Assembly (NCBI RefSeq): GCF_009914755.1
Contig: NC_060928.1
Source of the DNA: the human T2T-CHM13v2.0 reference genome, Homo sapiens
Direction: 5' to 3' (one strand)
Length of the DNA: 64,000 bases
A model generated the notes under the pieces. It did not search any database. It had not been told where the DNA came from and saw only the letters and a list, made by a program, of their open reading frames with translations. Shown one piece after another: positions 53,156 through 64,000 of the stretch. How positions within the stretch are numbered: the first letter of the stretch is position 1; each line of letters starts with the position of its first letter. The translations under genes were made by a program, and so were the position numbers.

Positions 53156-54062
53156 GAGGGGAGGAGCCAAGATGGCCAAATAGGAACAGCTCCAGTCTAC
53201 AGCTCCCAGCCTGAGCGACGCAGAAGACGGGTGATTTCTGCATTTCCATCTGAGGTACCAGGTTCATCTCACTAGGGAGTGCCAGACAGTGGGCGCAGGT
53301 CAGTGGATGCGTGCACCATGCGTGAGCCGAAGCAGGGCGAGGCATTGCCTCACCTGGGAAGCCCAAGGGGTCAGGGAGTTCCCTTTCCTAATCAAAGAAA
53401 GGGGTGACGGATGGCACCTGGAAAATCGGGTCACTCCCACCCGAATACTGCGCTTTTCCAACAGGCTTAAAAAACAGTGCACCACGAGATTATATCCCGC
53501 ACCTAGCTTGGAGGGTCCTACCCCATGGAGTCTCGCTGATTGCTAGCACAGCAGTCTGAGATCAAACTGCAAGGTGGCAGCGAGGCTGGGGGAGGGGCGC
53601 CCGCCATTGCCCAGGCTTGCTTAGGTAAACAAAGCAGCTGGGAAGCTCGAACTGGGTGGAGCCCACCACAGCTCAAGGAGGCCTGCATGCCTCTGTAGGC
53701 TCCACCTCTGGGGGCAGGGCACAGACAAACAAAAAGACAGCAGTAACCTCTGCAGACTTAAATGTCCCTGTCTGACAGCTTTGAAGAGAGCAGGGGTTCT
53801 CCCAGTACGCAGCTGGAGATCTGAGAATGGGCAGACTGCCTCCTCAAGTGGGTCCCTGACCCCTGAACCCCGAGCAGCCTAACTGGGAGGCACCCTCCAG
53901 CAGGGGCACACTGACACCTCACACTGCAGGGTACTCCAACAGACCTGCAGCTGAGGGTCCTGTCTGTTAGAAGGAAAACTAACAAACAGAAAGGACATCC
54001 ACACCAAAAACCCATCTGTACATCACCATCATCAAAGACCAAAAGTAGATAAAACCACAAAG
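53156..54062. promoter_or_regulatory. L1 5' UTR bidirectional promoter (sense promoter with YY1 site; antisense promoter)
   Basis: YY1 motif caagatggcc near the 5' end; CpG-rich relative to flanks; antisense promoter activity is an established property of L1PA 5' UTRs and is not shown here. Confidence 0.75.
53518..53607 (-). pseudogene. ORF0: L1 ORF0, truncated to 29 codons by a frameshift
   Basis: Hand translation MAGAPPPASLPPCSLISDCCASNQRDSMG*; the downstream ORF0-like peptide (EKRSIRVGVTRFSRC) lies in another frame in ORF 53300..53485. Confidence 0.8.
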
Positions 54063-55079
54063 ATGGGGAAAAAACAGAACAGAAAAACTGGAAACTCTAA
54101 AAAGCAGAGCACCTCTCCTCCTCCAAAGGAACGCAGTTCCTCACCAGCAACGGAACAAAGCTGGATGGAGAATGACTTTGACGAGCTGAGAGAAGAAGGC
54201 TTCAGACGATCAAATTACTCTGAGCTACGGGAGGACATTCAAACCAAAGGCAAAGAAGTTGAAAACTTTGAAAAAAATTTAGAAGAATGTATAACTAGAA
54301 TAACCAATTCAGAGAAGTGCTTAAAGGAGCTGATGGAGCTGAAAACCAAGGCTCGAGAACTACGTGAAGAATGCAGAAGCCTCAGGAGCCGACGTGATCA
54401 ACTGGAAGAAAGGGTATCAGTGATGGAAGATGAAATGAATGAAATGAAGCGAGAAGAGAAGTTTAGATAAAAAAGAATAAAAAGAAATGAGCAAAGCCTA
54501 CAAGAAATATGGGACTATGTGAAAAGACCAAATCTATGTCTGATTAGTGTACCTGAAAGTGACGGGGAGAATGGAACCAAGTTGGAAAACACTCTGCAGG
54601 ATATTATCCAGGAGAACTTCCCCAATCTAGCAAGGCAGGCCAACATTCAGATTCAGGAAATACAGAGAACGCCATAAAGATACTCATCGAGAAGAGCAAC
54701 TCCAAGACACATAATTGGCAGATTCACCAAAGTTGAAATGAAGGAAAAAATGTTAAGGGCAGCCAGAGAGAAAGGTCAGGTTACCCTCAAAGGGAAGCCC
54801 ATCAGACTAACAGCAGATCTCTCGGCAGAAACCCTACAAGCCAGAAGAGAGTGGGGACCAATATTCAACATTCTTAAAGAAAAGAATTTTCAACCCAGAA
54901 TTTCATATCCAGCCAAACTAAGCTTCATAAGTGAAGGAGAAATAAAATACTTTACAGACAAGCAAATGCTGAGAGATTTTGTCACCACCAGACCTGCCCT
55001 AAAAGAGCTCCTGAAGGAAGCGCTAAACATGGAAAGGAACAACCAGTACCAGCCGCTGCAAAATCATGCCAAAATGTAA
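54063..55079 (+). pseudogene. L1 ORF1p (RNA-binding/chaperone), disrupted by nonsense codons
   Basis: ORF pieces 54063..54470 and 54738..55079 match L1 ORF1p; premature TAA at 54468-54470 and a second near 54675. Confidence 0.95.
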
Positions 55080-55142
55080 AGACCATCGAGACTAGGAAGA
55101 AACTGCATCAACTACTGAGCAAAATAACCAGCTAACATCATA

Positions 55143-58932
<3,790 letters not shown>

Positions 58933-59212
58933 ACAATGAGATCACATGGACACAGGAAGGGGAACATCACACTCTGGGGACTGTTGTGGGTGGGGGGAGG
59001 GGGGAGGGATAGCATTGGGAGATATACCTAATGCTAGATGATGAGTTAGTGGGTGCTGCACACCAGCAAGGCACATGTATCCGTATGTAACTAACCTGCA
59101 CAATGTGCACATGTACCCTAAAACTTAAAGTATAATAAAAAAAAATAAATTAAAAAAATAACAGTGAATAAAATAAAACTAAATTTCAGTGAAACAAACA
59201 AACAAACAAAAA

Positions 59213-59622
59213 AAGAAAATGTGGCAAATATACACCACGGAACACTATGCAGCCATAAAAGATGATGAGTTCATGTCCTTTGTAGGGACATGGATGAAAT
59301 TGGAAATCATCATTCTCAGTAAACTATCGCGAGGACAAAAAACCAAACACTGCATATTCTCACTCATAGGTGGGAACTGAACGATAAGAACACATGGACA
59401 CAGCAAGGGGAACATCACACACTGGGGACTGTTGTGGGGTGGGGGGAGGGGGGAGGGATAGCATTAGGAGATATACCTAATGCTAAATGATGAGTTAATG
59501 GGTGCAGCACACCAGCATGGCACATGTGTACATATGTAACTAACCTGCACATTGTGCACATGTATCCTAAAACTTAAAGTATAATAATAATAAAAAAATA
59601 AAATAAAAATTAAAAAAAAAAA
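59213..59622 (+). mobile_element. Second L1PA (L1PA3-like) 3' fragment of about 410 bp in tandem
   Basis: Repeats L1 sequence from aagaaaatgtggc (cf. 58765) to polyA, with older diagnostic bases (gcattagg, gctaaatg, gttaatggg, gcacattgtgc). Confidence 0.93.
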
Positions 59623-60215
59623 GAAAAATTTTGCACTGAACTCATGTTTACAACATGAGACAAATTTTCCTCTGGTTATTGCAGTAGGACAGAGAGAGGT
59701 TACTATAAACTGAGCTTAACTTCATTGAAACAACAGGCAAGAAGGAGGCTTTTAAAATGCTGTTGGAGGGTGGCCAATGTGACTCCGAGATCTGTGTTTG
59801 CTAAAGGTGTTTATTGAAGTTAGGCTCCTACCCTGTCACAGAGATTGGGAGACAGGGTTTCCATCTGTTGTGATAATTACATTTCAAAAGGATGGCTTCC
59901 AGGTTTTTGAGAAAGACATTCTTGGGTTACAGGAGATGCATCTCAATGGAGCAGAGAAAAGATGTTAAATTGTAAGTTTTCTAAAGAAAATGGGAAGTCA
60001 GCCCATGTTCATATATTGAATAGAACAAACAGTAAACTCTTTGACCATTTTTTCAGGCAGGACTTCAAGAGGTGGGGGTACACTGGGGTCACCCTAGGAA
60101 CATAGTCTTGGTCTAATAAAAGGCATGTTGGGGTCTGAACACTTCTCCTAGTCAGGGGAAGGAGGAGAGGTAGGTGGACTAGGAGGAGTTGTTTATTTGA
60201 AGAGTTTTGTGGGGT
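59623..60215. mobile_element. ERV1-class LTR, MER67/MER31-like
   Basis: gaagttaggctcctaccctgtcacagagattgggag...gataattacatttcaaaaggatggcttccaggtttttgagaaagacattcttgggtt; family from memory, boundaries approximate. Confidence 0.6.
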
Positions 60216-61524
60216 TTTATTTTTCTAATAAGAAAAGCAATTGAAGATATCTCTTCTGTACATTATATATGTTTTTTGAAGAAAAACTAGTTGCCACTTT
60301 TATTCTAAATAATGATAGAGAAGAAACCATGTAAGAGGCTACCACATAAGCATCCTGGTTTTTGTTTGTTTGTTTTCATCATTTTATGTATATCTGTGCT
60401 AATAGGGATTCCTCTAAGGTCTTTGGCTTCACTCTTACTTCCTTGGGGATATGTATGATTATAATAATTATTATTTTTATAGCTGTGTCAGACATGGACT
60501 TCCTTCTTCTTTCCTCCTTTGAAAATAGCATCACATAGAATGTGTTGGAGATTGACACTTGCCTTCCCATCCAATAAATGAGCAGTCCTTGTGATTCAGT
60601 CTGTGAAATGCTTCTTGGGTTCAGAGCCTCAGCCCTGCAGTCAGTACCTCTCCTTGAGCACAGACTCCCTTCTATTCCCTTGTGCTTCTCTTTTCTACTA
60701 CTCAGGAGCTAGTAGGGTCTTTGTAGAGTTTATCTGTAATTAAACACTCTAGGGACTCCTCATTACCTAAAAGATCAGAGGATTCATTTCTAAATCATTT
60801 ATTGAACACCTGTTACAGGTTAGGTACTGCACAATTCCCCTCAAATTCACACAGTCATAGTAATCTAATTTTAGACTTTCCTAATGATATTTCTTGACAG
60901 TCTCAGCCACTATGAACTCTATTCACTATTTACATAGAAATACCAACTGTTCCCTTTATGCACTGAACTGCATCTTACCTCAATGTCTGCATATTCAATC
61001 CATCTGCTGAGAATGCCATTATGTAGTTTTCATCTGGTAAAATCATATTCAACTTTATGGTCCAACTCAAATATCAACTTTTCTTTATAAACCTATCTCA
61101 CTACCTCTAGGCCTACTTAAGGTATCTCTTTTGGGTTCCTGCAACTGTTCATTAATTTGTATAAAGTCACACATCTGATTACATAAAAATTAAAGATTCA
61201 TGCCCCCCCCCACAGCAAAAGAGTTTCTTTACAATAGAAAGTCTTATTTGATTGTATTTATAATTTTAGTATTCTAATATTATTGAAACTTATTTCTTCT
61301 TTCACTTGTTTCTTCACGCAGGAAATATTTACCAAATATCCCAGACCAGACATTCAATACATCTAATATTCCTTAAATATTACATGAGAAAGAAAGTCCA
61401 TAATATGTGAAAGTCAGTAAGGATAAGCACTGAGATTAGACAGCCTGGATTCAGTTTTGGCTTTGCCATGTTCTATCATTCTTTAGAGAGATTTTTTAGT
61501 TTAATCTGGTGTTTGTTTTGTTTG

Positions 61525-61878
61525 TGTGTGAGTCTCTTACTCCTAATAAAGACATACCTGAGACTGGGTAATTTATAAAGGAAAGAGGTTTAACTGACTT
61601 ACAGTTCCACATGGCTGGGGAGGCCTCACAATCATGGCAGAAGGCAAAGGAAGAGCAAAGTCGCGTCTTACATGGTGTCAGGCAAGAGAGAGCTTGTGCA
61701 GGGGAACTCTCATTTATAAAACCATCAGATCTCATGAGACATATTCACTACCAAGAGAACAGTATGGGGGAAACTGCCCCCCGTGATTGAATTATCTCCA
61801 TCTGGCCCTGCCCTTGAAATGTGGGGATTATTACATTTCAAGGTGAGATTTGAGTGGAGACACAATCAAACCATATCA
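61525..61878 (-). mobile_element. THE1 (THE1B/C-like) MaLR solo LTR with 5-bp TSD
   Basis: aaagacatacctgagactgggtaatttataaaggaaagagg...caaaccatatca; TSD gtttg at 61520-61524 and 61879-61883. Confidence 0.92.
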
Positions 61879-63099
61879 GTTTGCTTTTTAGCTAAACTAT
61901 ATAACCAATATAAAACACAAAGTTTGGGCCTGACATAGAATAGATCATTCAGAAACACTGATGACTGAATGGAATAGTTAATGAACTCTGGCCCACCAGT
62001 TGCATGATAAGCTCAGTCTGATGAGCTACATTGTTTCATGTTTATCTCAAATACCTACAGGGAAAGCAAACTGGTTTTACTGTATCGTTTTTAGTTCCCC
62101 TCAGAAAGGAAAGACAAGGGTAGATTAAGTAAATAATTAATAGAAAAAAAGGGTTTTTTTTTCAGATAATGTAGGTGATGACTTATGTGAATGAGAATCA
62201 CTTGCTTACTCCTGTACATGGACGTTATAAATCATTCACTTAATTTTCTTTTCCTGTTCAGGACAGCGCTAATTTAAACTATAAAAGCAGATTGCTCTGC
62301 CTTTTGGAGGCCTCTGCTTTTGTACATGGCCTGATTTTCCCCCTTGCAGTGTTTTCTCTTTTATATCCAAACAAAGGAAATGGATATGGACTTTGGATGC
62401 ACATTCATTCCAGATAACCGAGGGAGGATCTTACCATAGTGGCGAAGTCATAATAAACTCCTGGTTACATATCAAAATATTTATTACTGTTCGACTGGGA
62501 TAAAGGTGTGGTAGCTTTATCACCCCATTACAGGTTTCCTGTGACTCTGGAAAAGGAAGCATTCTTCTGCATTTACTGTTTTCATTAACTTTCCCTGTTT
62601 TTTTCTCCTTGTGTGTGTGTGTAGGGTATTTTTCCTCTGGAAATGAGCTGACTAGGCACGCTACTTCTACTTGAAAAAGACTGATGCTTGTCTTACACCA
62701 TTTTGAGGTCACCACAGTACATGACTCAGAATCATTAGACAAATGTTGATTGAATATCTCCTACATTCCAAATACTGTGTTGAATGTGGTTAAAGCATTA
62801 AATGTTAATGGAATATTTTGTACAGTCAAGAAGTGATTGCTGTCATAGAAGAGACACAACACACTGGTAGAACACAGCAATGAAATTTGACTTGTGATGT
62901 ATGTCCAGAAAAAGATAGATAACACATTCTCTAAAAGTTTAGAAGAAATTTTTGTCCCTTGGATTGTAGTCTTGACTGATTAAGAAACAGAACAACTTAG
63001 TTGAATACTGAGCATTGATTCGCAATCTAATGGTGCCTGGGGATGCCACCTGTTTTCTCGCAATTAAAATTTAAAAACAAAATTATACAAAGAGCAATT

Positions 63100-64000
63100 G
63101 GAGTTTAAAACAACTGTAAAGAAAACAATTAGAACAAAAATCCATTAAATTGAAAATAGTAAAACAAAGGGAAAATGAACATAATAAAAAACTGTTTTTA
63201 TCAAAAGACTAATAAACAATTTTGATTGAAGACACAGGTTACCAACATCAGAAATGAAAGAGGAGATGATCACCAATCATCCTGAGACATTAAAGGATAA
63301 AAACAGAATACTATTTGTAACTCTATGCCTACAAACTTGACAACTTTCATGAAATGGACCAATTCTATGAAAGGTACAAACTACCAAAATTCCCAAGGAG
63401 ATATAACTAATTTGAATAAACCTATTTATGTTAATAAAATTGAATTGATAATTAACAACCTTCCATAAAAAGAAAACACCAGGCTCAGATGCTTTTAAAT
63501 TGAACCAAATATTTCAATAAAATAATAAAATAAACTATACCAATCCTCTATAATTTTTCCAGAAAATTGAATTGGAGGGAAAACATTCTAAATCACTCAT
63601 TGTGTGAGGCCAGCATTACATTAGTACCAAAATCAGAAAGAAAATTACAAAAAAGAAAAACTATAGCCTAACATCTTTCATAAACATAACAGCAAAAATC
63701 CTGAAGAAGTATTAGTAACTAGCATCTAACAATATATAATAAAACTATACACCATGATGAAGTGAGCTTTAACCCAGGTAATGAAGACAGTTTCAACATT
63801 TGGAAATCAATCATTGCAGTTAACTTCTTCAACAAGCTAAAGAAGAAAAATAAGATGATCATATCAGTTGTCTCAGAAAATGCATTTGACGAAATGTAGC
63901 ACTCATTCATGATACAAACTCTTAGCAAATTAAAAATATAGGGGCACTTCCTTAACTTCATAAAGAACATCTACAAAAGTTCTTTGTCTAATATGTATTC
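63100..64000 (+). mobile_element. Old L1M-type ORF2 fragment (runs off window end)
   Basis: aacatcagaaatgaaagaggaga...gaaatggaccaattc...gaggccagcattacattagtaccaaaatcag...gaaaatgcatttgac. Confidence 0.85.

Overview
This window is AT-rich primate genomic DNA, probably human or another hominoid, judged from its AluY and L1PA2/3-type elements. It is intronic or intergenic and dominated by interspersed repeats. I recognise no cellular protein-coding exon, tRNA, rRNA or CRISPR array. Nearly all ORFs in the track are Alu- or L1-derived or chance ORFs. The only real coding remnants are ORF1, ORF2 and ORF0 of a full-length but disabled L1PA2/L1PA3-type LINE-1 (about 53156-59160). Other repeats are about 10 Alus, older L1M/L1MA/L1PA pieces, MaLR LTRs (THE1, MST, MLT1), an ERV1-type LTR, hAT MITEs (MER1A/B, MER33, MER58A, MER63, MER94), and MIR and L2 remnants. 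The most unusual observations are four. (1) A near-perfect 32-bp-stem hairpin at 43576-43646 in apparently unique DNA, with pre-miRNA geometry. (2) A composite L1: a full-length element, a short spacer and a second L1 3' end, apparently bounded by one target-site duplication. (3) A candidate 12-nt or 40-nt cassette exon lying between an inverted MER1B/MER1A pair. (4) Several motif-rich unique segments and candidate exons. I do not see evidence for a new multi-gene system. Repeat subfamily calls come from remembered consensus features and need RepeatMasker/Dfam confirmation.
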